Of a DNA stretch of 64,000 bases, positions 50,781 through 62,589 are shown piece by piece. The DNA lies in contig CM059432.1 in assembly GCA_030390025.1 (NCBI GenBank), positions 139,502,001 through 139,566,000 of the forward strand. The letters are read 5' to 3'. The DNA comes from Squalus acanthias. Lineage: Eukaryota. Under the pieces are notes generated by a model that was not told the origin of the DNA, did not search any database, and saw only the letters and a list, made by a program, of their open reading frames with translations. Position numbers and translations under genes: made by a program. Numbering within the stretch: position 1 is the first letter of the stretch; every line of letters begins with the position of its first letter.

Positions 50781-50968
50781 ACATACGGACATATGGGAGA
50801 GCCTGTCAGTCAAGTTCCTGAAGCAGTCCCAAGTGCTTGCTAACATTAATTGAATGCTGATGGTACGCAAACATCTGTCATGCCAAACTCTGCATTTAAG
50901 GGGGGAAATGTGAATATTGAATTTCATATAGTATTCAAATCTTTACACTTGTACTGTTGCTATTGTAG

Positions 50969-51118
50969 GCTGCTATTCTTCCAAATTTGCACCCACATTT
51001 TATCACGTGCTACCAAAGAGTTCCACCACAGAGAATAAAAAGCCAAGTCTGGAACTTTCCTACCAAAGAGTGGAAGTGCCCTCGCCAGTAGCTGCAAGCA
51101 CTCCTTCAACCTCTACAA
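50969..51118 (+). CDS. ATAD2: ATAD2 exon 24 (3' boundary at putative GC donor)
   Basis: tattgtag| GCYSSKFAPTFYHVLPK...PSPVAASTPSTST A|gcaagt; exon 25 requires a phase 1 intron. Confidence 0.82.
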
Positions 51119-51519
51119 GCAAGTGTTGTCAGAGTTTTTGTAATCTTTTAAAATCAACCTGCATTCTTTAAATGTTTTTCTTTGCTCTGATTTTTAAACT
51201 TTGTTCGTTCGGTTTTGTGGTCCATTTGAGGGTTTGTGAGAGAGCAGCCGGAGCTGACTTTCCCTCCTGATGATGATTTTGAAAACATGCTGCACTGTCC
51301 CCGAGGTATTTTAACTGCAGCATGTTTTTAAAGTGTTTTAAGTTGGTAAGAAGCATAAACTTAATGCGAGCAATTTTGATTGCAGTATATGGTTTGTCAG
51401 ATATCGCAATGAAGTACTGTTTTCATCCCACATATCAGTATTACACATTAATAAGTGTGGCTGCAAAATGTTAAAAGCTTGTGCTATCCCACAATGACTT
51501 AGACATTGGTAAGGCAGCA

Positions 51520-51900
51520 TGTAGTTGACTCATACAGACCAGATTGTCTTAGCTTTAATTCCTGATCTGTGCCCAGTTAGCTCATCTCAGCTAGGTGGCA
51601 GTAGCATTGCCCACGTGCTTATAGACCAAGAGGAGAAAATCAGCCAGGGTTCCTGCTTATTGACCACTACCCAGTGGCCCTGACTTGAAGGTGTGTGTAT
51701 GGCGATTGCATGAAGAAATGACAGGTTAGTTATCGCACTTGTTGCTCCACAGGTCCACCCATCGCTATCCCCAGGATTGGATAGCCTGCCCACACTCACT
51801 GTCTAAGCTTGCATGTGAAGGACTGCATTTTGCATGAGCTACTGGAGAGTGACCAGCGTGGACTTGTATCCCCATGAGTCAGTACCTTGTGGAGAAAGGA
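51520..51900 (+). mobile_element. Old SINE, AmnSINE2-like (best-preserved of ~6 copies)
   Basis: CATACAGACCAG..CTGTGC..GTTAGCT.ATCTCAGC..AAAATCAGCCAGGGTTCC..ATAGCCTGCC.ACACTCACTGTCT; related copies at ~6440, 19915, 47735, 52755, 60325. Confidence 0.6.
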
Positions 51901-53204
51901 ATGGATACCAGTGTCCCATCCAAAGCAGTGATGCTGATGCACATGCCTGAGATGGCCAGAATAACACATCATTCTGAAAAAACACCTAAACCAAAAAAGT
52001 GAATTGCAAGTGATTTTGAAACGCTTATGATTCCTTTTAGATAATAAATAAAACTTGCAGTTAAGATATACCATTATTAAACCACAAAAGGGGGTTGTTT
52101 ACGCAGTAAACTTACAAATTAATGTATCTTGACTTATTTGAAAACACTGAATCTACGTTTAATACTTAAAATTTTAACAAGAAATGAAACCAAGAAACCA
52201 CATGGAGCAACTGGCTCTGCAGCAAATTCTATTTTGCAGTTAAAGCTTAATTCTGCTCCATAGACCCAGGTACTATTGGAATTGAAACAAAGTACGGTGC
52301 CAAGATCCTCACAATTGCCAGAACTTAGACACTGCGTGTTGCCAGTCTATTCAATCAGTCACGTTGGTGGGGGAGCCTGTGGGTTGACGTGCATCATAAC
52401 TAACTTCAGTCTTTTATCTTCACCCTGATGCAGATAATGACGAAGCCATTTTTTGTGGCAATAATTAATTAAAATATGCAAGAGGGAAAAAAAATACATT
52501 CCTCGCTGCTCACAACTGCCGTATTGTAAACCTAGACCAGCATTGGCATGAACTACAATCTGAGAATAAATAGAATGAAAGCAGTGAGGGTAAGCCAGTT
52601 TGCAAGCACTTCATAAAAATTTTAGATAATGGTGAAATCCATATAAATTAGATTACAGATTCCTGGTCACTACAGAGCATACATCTCTCTGATCTGTAAT
52701 TTCTAGTAAGACATTCAGTGAAAAATACCACCAAAGAAAATCACTGCATGACGCGCACCCTTGGTGCTTCAGTTGTTAATGCACTGCCTAATATAGCCAG
52801 GAGCCTTGCATACTAAGTTTGTTTCCTGGGCTCTGCTGAGTTTGCCGATCTCGACTGTGTTGCTACAATTGTACTGAGCATTCCTGGGCTACGGTGGGGG
52901 GCGGGGGAAATATCTACAGACATCACCTATTAAAACAGACTAGCAAGGCTCTCTGTTTCATACCAAAAATGTTAAATTATATGAATTTAATTTAGAAGTA
53001 TATTTTAACTAGTTTTACTACTTTGGTCAATGTTTAGATGTGACTGATAAAAATGGGCTGTCCTATTTATATATGATGATCCATAATATAAAGGATGATT
53101 GTATATGATAAAATATCTGTGAGGGGGGAAAACCTATTGATTACCAGCCAGATTGTATTGATAGCTATTCTGGCATGTAGTAACAGAATACTTTGTTTAT
53201 GTAG

Positions 53205-53642
53205 CTCATTCAAAGAAGAAACTTTGTAGATCTAGGCGATGGGACCATGGTATATATAAAAATAAACGCAAGAAGCCTTCACCAAACATCAGATCTGAGG
53301 AGGATGGTGACAGCGAAGATGTCACTGAGGGAATAGAAAATCGCAAAGATTCAAGTGCAGATCAGACGGACTACAATTCCTCCATGGAAACTCCGCAAAA
53401 GCAACGTCTCTATAATGGGTGTAGCAAAATAAAAAAGAAATTGACTAAGGAAATTATTAAACCGCAGTCTGATGATGCACTTATGTCTGCTGGTGAAAGC
53501 ATATGCAAGAAGAAATTGATTTCTACTAATGAAGCAAAATGGGAAGAAAGTGAATTGGGTAATGGAGATTCTCTTAAAAACCAGCAACTTGAGACAAGTG
53601 AACACAAGGAAAGGAAGGGAGATAAACCGCATCATTCTGCAG
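53205..53642 (+). CDS. ATAD2: ATAD2 exon 25 (low-conservation linker)
   Basis: ttatgtag| THSKKKLCRSRRWDHGIYKNKRKK...LGNGDSLK...PHHSA G|gtttgt; 438 nt open frame that includes ORF 53384-53662. Confidence 0.88.
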
Positions 53643-54049
53643 GTTTGTATATATGGAAGTAATTGTTTTGCCAACTTTTTTTCTTGGGATGGGGGGAGTA
53701 ATTATGTCCTGGTGGAGTGGTTATGAATGTCCGTGTTGCACTTTTGACTGCTTTTGCAAACACCCGTGGTATTAACAGGAACTAGCCCAATGTCTTTTGA
53801 ACATTGTGGGAGATTATAGGGCATGGAAAATCAATAATGTGTTGGTGAGTTTAACTTCATATTTAAGTGTTTTTTCCCCCCTTGTAAGTAAGCAACTCAA
53901 TCGCATGAATAATTAAATTAGTATAAATAACTTGTGTACACGAGTATGGAATAGCAACAAAATGAGAGACATTTCAAAAATACATGCATTGGCTGAGTAA
54001 AGTCTCCTGCTCAGTCCTACATAGTAAGGGGCTAAAGTAGTGAATGTGG

Positions 54050-54298
54050 TACAGGTGGATGTAAAAGATCCCAGGGCATTGTTCAGAGTAGGGGAGTTCT
54101 CCCAGTTCCCTGGCCAACATTTATCCCCCAACCAAAACCAATTCGTTGGTAACTTAGCTCATTGCTGTTTGTGGGGCCTTGCTGTGCGGAAATTGGCTGC
54201 CGTGTTTGCCTAGGTAACAACAGCGACAACACTTCAGAAGTAATTTATTGGCTTTGAAGTGCGGAGGACATGAAACGCCCTAAATAAATACCAGGTCA
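54050..54298 (+). mobile_element. Deu-domain SINE 3' half
   Basis: AGGTGGATGTAAAAGATCCC..GGGGAGTTCTCC..AATTGGCTGCC. Confidence 0.75.
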
Positions 54299-54514
54299 TT
54301 TTTTTTTTTATAATTTGCTTTGCTATCTTAATGAGTTTCATCTCAAGTTGATCCTATTCTTGAACATCAACTTTTGGCAGGTTTTAAACTTTCCCCATCA
54401 ATTCAGTGTAAAAATAGGTGCCTTACATTCAGGGCTTGTTGGGCTCATGCTAGGGAAAAAGTAACAGCAAGCTTGGTTGATTTGACTTTTTTAAAAAGGT
54501 CAGGCTAGAGAGTA

Positions 54515-55120
54515 GGGCCTAGAAATTCGATGGTGCCATGCCCGTTTATCAGGTGCGAAATGAGCGCCTAAGTTTCTAAATATTGAGGGCGGGAAGCACA
54601 TGTTCATTACAAGCCAGAAGTGCGCCACCTGCCATATTGGTGTCGGCACAATAAAAAGGGGTTTCGGGCCTGTGCCTGAACACAATGTTGGGAATATGCA
54701 AATAAGGGGCCTAACTGCTGCTGATGGCCCCCTGTGCAAAATTGGGTTGCACTGAACGCAGCCAGTACCGGGCCAACCGAGTTCAGGAAAACCAGATCTA
54801 CATGTAGCCCTTAAAGGGACCGCTGCAGGCCGCCACCAAAACTATGTTTGTTGAAATGGGCTTATCTGAATGTGGAGCCGTACCACGGGGCACCACTGGC
54901 CACCGATCTCGCTCCCCCACTTTAAAACCTACATCCACGGCCCAAAACTCCAGCGGTCTTCACCGGCGAGCTGCCTGGGGATGCCCAGCCGGTGCCTGCA
55001 GCTGTCTGACAATGAGGCCCAATATGAGTGATTGCACGCCAGTGGGCTTGGGTTCAGTTTGCTCATTTACTCCCTACTCTCGCCTTTTCTTGTGGAAAAG
55101 TGCTGAGCAATATCTGGCAC
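54515..55120. mobile_element. Harbinger-like MITE (family B)
   Basis: Starts GGGCCTAGAAATT; shares TGCCATATTGGT, GCAAAATTGG, GTTCAGGAAAAC, AAGGGACC, GAGGCCCAATAT in order with 686-1222. Confidence 0.6.
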
Positions 55121-55750
55121 AAATGAAATGGCAATGTCTTTTGGGAATTGGGACGTGGGTATCTGTCGCACTGTGCCACCTTTTTTATCTATAAATTGCA
55201 GATTTTCTTTTTTGTCAGGTACTTTGCAGACATTTGCTGCGTTTCCTTTAGCTTATCATTTTCCATTTATATTGCATACTCTCGGCTGATGTGTTATCTC
55301 ACTAGAGATGGTAAAAGGGGTATTGTCCCTTTTTTCCTTCCTCTCTCTTCCCCCAGCCAGGAAGGTGGGCTAGAGATAGCCTAGGATATCTTCTAGTGCC
55401 ATTTCATTGTAGAGATATGCAGAACAGCAGTGCGGGGTGACTGGACATTTGTGTTGTGTTCCTCTAATTAGCCCCCCATCACTTAAGTGCTGACTTCTGC
55501 TCATTGCTTGTCCCCAACACCATGAAAAAGGGGTTGAACCAGATACTGTGTTTGGTGTCTTTAGCCCACACATTTTTGGCAACTTATTCATAACGCTGTG
55601 AATGGAAAGTATATAAATTGGCATTATAAATGGTGTGGTAAATGCTTTTGGGAGTTAAATTAGTGAAGGTCTTAAAGATGATTGCAGAAGTTCCAGAGAA
55701 AAGAGGAACACCATTTTGAAGGTGTTACTATTTTATATTTCCCCACACAG

Positions 55751-55887
55751 ATAAATGCTCAATGTTCCGTATGACCCGCAGCAAGCGGGTCCAGGTGGAA
55801 CAGCAACAGCACATTAATGTTGAGAAAGCATTGGAGGTCCTTTCTGAACACGCTCCACCTGTAAATGTAGATCATGAAAGGCTGAAG
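55751..55887 (+). CDS. ATAD2: ATAD2 exon 26
   Basis: ccacacag| DKCSMFRMTRSKRVQVEQQQHINVEKALEVLSEHAPPVNVDHERLK |gtaggt. Confidence 0.96.
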
Positions 55888-56553
55888 GTAGGTTGTGGTA
55901 TATGGGCTATTGCTATCTTAAGCATTTTATTTGAAATGATCAATTCTTAAAACAACTTCTGTATTGGTTTGTTCCTAGTTCTATTAACTGCATTAATCTT
56001 ATCTCTATGCAAAGAGATGCCTTCAACTCAGAAAGGAGCATTAATTTGATGATTGTTTTGTCCTTGTAATGCAGAAATGTAATTTTGAGTAAAATAACTT
56101 TAAGTTCCTGACCTCCTGATAAATTGATTTTACTAGTGTCTCTATAATAGAACTGATTTGATCCTTTTTCCAAATCTTTCCAGTAAGCAAATACAAAACA
56201 GAAATTTAAATAAAGCATGATTAACTGACATTTTCTCAGGCATCAGCCACATCAGCTATTTTGCTGTTTTCATAAGGCACTCTGTTATATGGCGACCGTT
56301 GATATTGAGTGTACTGGCTACAGTTCCTTCATTAGTCCAGAAGTTTCAGTATCTTTTATTCCCACCCCTCACCTGTAATATGTTCCTAACAGTAATGTTA
56401 TTGGTGCAGTTCACTAGCTGTGGGGAAATTGTGTTTTTCTAACTCCATAGATTAAACAAATGTAGAATCCAGTCAAGTATGCTGCAAAATCTTTTGAAAT
56501 ACTGAATTCATCATTGACTGCTAAATGTGTTCTTCAATGTGGTTCACGTTCAG

Positions 56554-56682
56554 AATCTCTGGAAACAAGTTACTCAGAAAAGTGAGGGATTCACTCTACT
56601 CCAGCTGGAAAAATTGTATGCAGTGCTCAGTCAATGCATCTACCATCATCGTAAGGAGTTTGACAAGACTATACTAGTTCAA
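56554..56682 (+). CDS. ATAD2: ATAD2 exon 27
   Basis: cgttcag| NLWKQVTQKSEGFTLLQLEKLYAVLSQCIYHHRKEFDKTILVQ |gtaagt. Confidence 0.96.
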
Positions 56683-57499
56683 GTAAGTTACTGGGCCTTT
56701 TAAATTTGAAGCACAGCATTCCCCACTCACATTTATATCTAGGCTGACTTCACATTTAATAGCTTTAATGTGCTGTTTGTGATTAAAACATAATGAATTA
56801 TCTTATTACTTACACCACGAGTGACTAATCTGTAAAGACTTCACCATAATGTTATATAGTTGAAAATGCTTTTTCTAGAAACAACCCAATTTGGAAAGAC
56901 AGAATCTTGCAACAGTACTATTGTGTTCCTCACTGCGAATGAACACAGTATAAAAATTTCAGGTGGCCATTCAGATGCTAACCATTATACTTTATTGAAA
57001 GCCTGATACATGAGGGAGTACTTTGTACCATAAGTAATTATCCAGGGTCTGCCCCTGACAGTTTTCCTCTGTTAAATGAGGCACCAGTTCCTTCCTTAAC
57101 CTCACCCTTTACAACAACTCCCAGACCCATGGCCACCCTCTTGCCCATACCATCTCACAAGGCCTTGTTACCTCAGGTCTCTTAGGAACATAGAACTTAC
57201 TGATTATATCAAATAACTTCCTCATCTTCATTACTATCCATATCTTCTTGGCTACCTCCACCCCTATCCTCTTTCTGGAAAAACATTTTTTCCCCCCTCT
57301 GCTTCCCTAGCTCCCTCACCAATACACTTGTATTCTCAATTCCCCCTCTACCCCTCCATCTGTTACACAGCTCAATCATTCGGCCCTTGACCCCATCAAG
57401 TCACTCCCACCCTCGTCCTTCCTGCCTGCTACAAGTTCTACCTGTGCCCACTGAAGTCTGATGGCCTCAGACTTGACTGCACCTAGTCTGATTTGGTGT

Positions 57500-57593
57500 A
57501 CCTCTACCTGACGAAGGGGCAGCAGCTCCGAAAGCTCGTAATTTTAAATAAAACTGTTGGACTATAACCTGGTGTTGTGCAATTTCTCATTTT
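57500..57593 (+). mobile_element. Short Penelope-like (PLE) terminal fragment with 11-bp TSD
   Basis: Flanked by TGATTTGGTGT at 57489-57499 and 57594-57604; contains a hammerhead-type core followed by AATAAA. Confidence 0.7.
57505..57540 (+). ncRNA. Minimal type I hammerhead ribozyme motif
   Basis: TAC-CTGACGA-A-GGGGC[AGCA]GCTCC-GAAA-GC-TC-GTA: core boxes, 5-bp stem II, 3-bp stem I, palindromic AGCT in place of stem III. Confidence 0.62.
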
Positions 57594-57889
57594 TGATTTG
57601 GTGTGGTCAGCCACCAAGTCAAGCATTACTGTGCCTTCCAACATCCTGGCAGTCACGTGATACAACAATGGAGTTGATAACTAATTGTGGCAATCAATCT
57701 CTATTGATTAGTCCAAACCCAGACATGAGATGAGCAAAACCACCAGTGGTGGAAACCTTTGGGAACCATAGGTCCAAAGTCACCTGTTCCTACCAAGCAT
57801 TATTTTCTTTACATTAAAGTAATAGCCTCTTCCTAGATTTTTTTTTTTGTCCCCCTGTGAAGCACTTTGCACTTCTCTATTAAATTTCA

Positions 57890-59045
57890 TTTGAATTACA
57901 TAGATTATACAGCATAGAAACAGGCCATTCAGCCCAGCTAGTCTGTGCTGGTGTTTATATTCCACACAGGTCTCCTTTCATTCTATCTGCTTCATCTCAG
58001 CCTTTCAGCATATCTTTCCATTTCCTTTTCTCTCATGTACTCGTCTAGTTTCCTTTTGAAAGCATCTAATCTATTTGCCTCAATCAGTTCCTGTGGTAGC
58101 GAGTTCCACATTCTAACCAGTCTGAGTAAAGCAATTTCTCCTTATTCCCCTATTGGATTTATTGGTAACTACCTTGTATTTATGACCCCTAGTTTTGGAT
58201 TCTCCCACAAGTGGAAACATTTTCTCCACATCTACCCTGTCCAACCCATTCATAATTTTAAAGAGGTCTCCTCTAAGTCTTTACTTTTCCAAAGAAAAAA
58301 GCCCAACCTGTTCAATCTTTCCCGATAGCTGTAATCTCTCCGTTCTGGTACCATCCTTGTAAATCTTTTTTTGCACTTTCTCCAGTGCTTCTATGTCCTT
58401 TTTTATAGTATGGAGACCAGAACTGTGCACAGTGCTCTTTAAGTGCGGCATCACCAGGGTCCTATACAAGTTTAACATAACTTCACTACTTTTGAATTCT
58501 ATACCCCTAGAAATAAATCCCAGTGCTTTGTTAGCATTTTTAATTGCTTTGCTATCCTGCGATGCTGCTTTTAATGATTTGTTCACCTGTATCCCTAGAT
58601 CCCTCTGCTTTTCTACCCCATTCAGTTTCTTATTTTCTAAGGTGTAGGTGATGTTTCTATTTTTCCTAACAAAGTGCATCACCTCACATTTATCTGTGTT
58701 AAAGTTAATTTGCCACTTAACTGCCCAGTCTGCAAGTTTTCTAATGTCGTCTTGTATTATGTTGCATTCTTCCTCAGTGTTAGCTATACCACCCCACCGC
58801 TGTACCCCCCCCCCCCACAAAGTTTGGTATCATCTGCAAATTTTGATATTGCGTTACTTGTTCCTAAGTCCAAATCATTAATGTAAATTATGAATAACAG
58901 TGGTTCCAGCACTGATCCTTGTGGAACACCATTTTCTACCTTCCCCCAATCTGAATAACTACCCTTTAGCCCTACTCTCTTTCTATTTTTTAGCCAACTT
59001 GCTATCCATTCAGCTATTTGTCCCCATGACCTAACTTTTTATGAG
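57890..59045 (-). mobile_element. 5'-truncated CR1 LINE
   Basis: ORF 58281-58820 (WQINFNTDKCEVMHF, LYRTLV); FADD and VPQGSVL remnants near 58830-58930. Confidence 0.92.
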
Positions 59046-59119
59046 CCTACCTGTATGCTGAATTCTCAAGTATATTCAAACCCTCCTGTAGGTTATCCTG
59101 TCCAGCTTTACATTCTATA

Positions 59120-59740
59120 ACAGCAACAACTTGCATTTATATAGTGACTTTAACGTAGTAAAACATCCCAAGGCACTTCACAGGCGCATTATCAGATGAA
59201 AATTGATATTGAGCCAAAGGAGGAGACATTAGGACAGGTGACCAACAGCTTGGTCAGAGGTAGGTTTAAAGGAGGAGAGGTGGGGAGGTTTAGGGAGGGA
59301 ATTCCAGAGCTTACGGCCCAGACAGCTGAAGTCACAGCCGCCAATGGGGAACTGAGAGAAGTGGGAGATGGACGAGGCCAGAGTTGGAGGAATACAGAGT
59401 TCTCGGAGGGTTGTAGGGCTGGAGGAGGTTGCAGAGATAGGGACAGGCAAGGCCATGGAGGGATTTGAAAACAAGGATGAGAATTTTTAAATCGAGACGT
59501 TGACGGAGCCAATGTAGGTCAGCGAGCACAGGGATGATGGGTGAATGGGACTTGGTGTGAGTTAGGATATGAGTAGCAGAGTTTTGGATGAGCTAAAGTT
59601 AATGGAGGGTGGAAGATGGGAGACCGGCTAGCAGTCATTGGAGAGTCGCGTCTGAAGGTGGATTTCAGCAGCAGAGGCAAGGGTGGAGAGGGGCGCTATT
59701 ATGGAGTTGGAAGTAGGCGCTCATGATGATGGAGAGAATA
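59120..59740 (-). mobile_element. L2 LINE 3' fragment
   Basis: LADLHWL..KILILVFKSLHGLACPYLCNLLQPY; tail reads (CAA)n on the + strand. Confidence 0.9.
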
Positions 59741-60841
59741 TCACCTTCATTAGCTTTATATCATCTGCAAATTTAGCCACTGCGCTTGCGGCCCCTAGCT
59801 CCAAATCATTTATGAAGATATTAAACAAGAGGTCCCAAAACGGACCCCTTGTGAGACCCACTGGTAATATATTTCCAGTCTTATGACCATCCCTGTACCA
59901 CCGCCATCTGAGTTCTATCGGTCAAGCAATTACAAACCCACTTCTTGGATCGAGCTTCTCGTCACCGCGACTAATATCTCCTCCATTGGCTTGCTGCCAG
60001 TTTTTGTCTGCTTATGTTTTTGTGAAGCACCTTGGGCGTTTGTTTTAGGGTTAAAGATGGCATAGAAATGCACGTTAATGTACTGCATTGCACCTCCTAA
60101 GCCTCACCAACCTTTTCCATTTGCCTTTTTGTTTTCACCCCTGCTTGCTATCCACTGTTTTTCTCTTCTCGATGTGAAGTATTTTGAGACATCTTGTGCA
60201 CGAGTGCTATAGAATTTATTTGGATGTAATTATTGGCTTTAACAATAGCTAATTGAGGAAAATGCTGCAAATCTTTTTGCTCCCTTCGCTTATTCCCTCC
60301 CCTCCATGGTTTCAGAAGTAAAGTTTCAGTCTGAGTCATACAGACTAGGTAAGTCCCGGGTCCCCACATGGTCTTGGACGAGTTAATTGGTCTTCATTGG
60401 GGCAGTGGCAGAAGTGCAAGAATTGGCTTCAACTCCTCTGGGATAGGGAGGGAAATTGGGCAGGGTTCCCAATCCTAAACATTACACAGCAACCTCTACT
60501 GGAAGTATTCATGTGGACATCAGATAACATAGGATCCTACACACTTGGATAAGTTACTGATACTCTGTCAAGGCTAACAGATGAAGGATAGATACTTGGA
60601 AGAGTTATGAGGACAGCTGACATCTGTGGAACCATACCTTAGTGAGGAAATCACTGTCGGGGAGAGAAAAGAAAATCTGGTCTTTTTATCCTTAAGTGTG
60701 AAGTAGGTATTCAGCTCAATTTATCAAAGAATAAAATTTGTTCTTGGGAAACATTTGATAGGTTATAATAATGGTGACATTTTAGAACGAGTACATGTGA
60801 ATGTCATTGCTTGATTTTTTTTTTTTTTCCCTGCCATGTAG

Positions 60842-60880
60842 GAAATGGAGAAAGAAGTGAGGAAGTTAAGTCAATCTTGA
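60842..60880 (+). CDS. ATAD2: ATAD2 last coding exon
   Basis: long T tract then catgtag| EMEKEVRKLSQS* (TGA); resembles the ATAD2 C-terminus MEQEVENF. Confidence 0.92.
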   Translation, partial: EMEKEVRKLSQS

Positions 60881-61120
60881 GCCTTCTAATTGCAAATGGA
60901 TTTTCTGAGTATTGCATGAGTTTCCGGTCACTTTGTTTGGGACTGGTTCCAGTTTTTACAATTTGAATGTTTGTAACATAAAATGTAAAACCAACTTTTC
61001 CAACAATGAGCAATCCTTTTGTTGACCAAAACAGTTATTTTTTGATTGAATGTAAATATATATTCTAGCAGAAAATGAAAAGTGTTAAGTTGGGCTAAAA
61101 TTTTTGCCATATGTTATGTA

Positions 61121-61475
61121 CAGGAAACTCTTTATTAACCGGGACCGGCGTGGTGCCGGTTAATCAAACAGTCCGGATAATGGAGAGTTATATCTCCCAA
61201 CGTACGAGAGCCCCGTACACACTGACATGCGCCTGCATTCGGAGCTCCGTCTCCCCGGGGACCACCAGCTGACCATCTGTCGTGTCCGCTGCCTACCCGG
61301 GCTGCACATTCCCCTCCCAATCTACACACTCCGATACAAGGCAAACGCCTCGGGGTTTTTTTTAAAGTTATTTTTAAAGGAGAGTTGAAGGAAAACCCCG
61401 GTTACCTACTCAAGAATTTTGCCGGTTAAGAGAGATTTCCAGTTATTTGGGTGCCGGTTAAAAGAGAGTTTCCTG
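61121..61475. mobile_element. Tc1/mariner-pogo (Tigger-like) MITE in the putative 3'UTR
   Basis: 25-bp TIR CAGGAAACTCTTTATTAACCGGGAC (22/25 match to the reverse complement of the right end); TA on both sides; internal CCGGTTAA repeats. Confidence 0.85.
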
Positions 61476-61504
61476 TACTGCTATATTTTGTAATTTGTGT
61501 AAAG

Positions 61505-61510
61505 AATAAA
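61505..61510 (+). promoter_or_regulatory. Candidate polyadenylation signal of ATAD2
   Basis: First AATAAA I found downstream of the stop codon (about 625 nt after it); usage not shown. Confidence 0.45.
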
Positions 61511-61918
61511 GTATCAAATTTGAGAAATGAACGTGTACCCTATGATTTTAAAGCAGCGGGCATAATACAACCACTATTAGATCTGCAGGAGCTGCAGTAT
61601 TCTGTGTTATTTGCATGTTGTTACATGTGCCTGGTTAGACATTTTTGTTTAGAACTTATTTATTTAGCAGTGCTCACTTATCCACTTGTATTAATTTGTG
61701 CAGTGAGACTTTAACCTAGCCCAAAAAAATGGATGCGTTGTTCAGAATCCCAGTCAGGTTAAAGCAATTATGATCTTTCAGTTAAGGTTTTGAGAGACAG
61801 TTCTAGTTTAGAAATGTAGTATTCAGTTTAGCAAAAATAATTTTGCAACATGAAAATTAATTTGATCATTCACACAATTTGTGCAGTGACTGGTCAAGAA
61901 CCAAGAACAGGTTTAGAA

Positions 61919-62589
61919 CAGTAGTTCTCAAACATTTTTGGTTGAAGGACCCCTTTTCAAATGGATTAGTAATTATGGATCCCCCCATCTAAATTATCAT
62001 TGCCCCCTTGTATTGATACTGTACCAGGATCTTCTGACAATGAATTGCAGTATAGCTATGGTGACATTTACAAAATGGGAATCCCTCAAGTATGTATGTA
62101 TAAAATGATAGTGATTTTAAAGCATTGATTTTTTTTAAATTGCAGATGCATTGGTTATTCAGTGTATTCAACTGCTGCCCAGATTATTAGGTCAGATTTG
62201 CTCCTTGGCCAGCCCTTGACTGTAGACAGACAGATCTAATGTAATGTATGTCCAACTTATGGGGCCTGTTCTTCTTGGCCATATCCTGGTGCTGCTGCAG
62301 CCGGCTGATAGTCGGGACAGGATCTTTGTTTACAGACGGTGTGTTCCTCTCCGAACAGCTGGCCCTGCGATTTTTCCGCCTCCTACTTCTGTTGCTGGCG
62401 GTAGCATTGTGGCTGTTGCTGGCGCGCAGTCTTTTTCCCTCCCTTCTTCTCTTCCTGCAATGCACAGCTGCTGCTGCAACCGCTATGGTAACCATTCACC
62501 GCCCCATTCAGCAGCACCCGGCTGCTCCGAACCGGCTCGCTCCATCACCGATTGGGGGTTTTTCGTGGACCCCAGTTTGAGAACAACTG
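61919..62589. mobile_element. Non-autonomous hAT (Charlie-like) element
   Basis: TIR CAGTAGTTCTCAAAC / GTTTGAGAACAACTG (14/15); left flank GTTTAGAA, right flank TTAGAA (partial 8-bp TSD); GGACCCC subterminal motifs. Confidence 0.8.

Noticed and set aside
53351..53726. Antisense and alternative-frame ORFs over exon 25
   Set aside because: Shadow frames of the ATAD2 exon with no motifs of their own.
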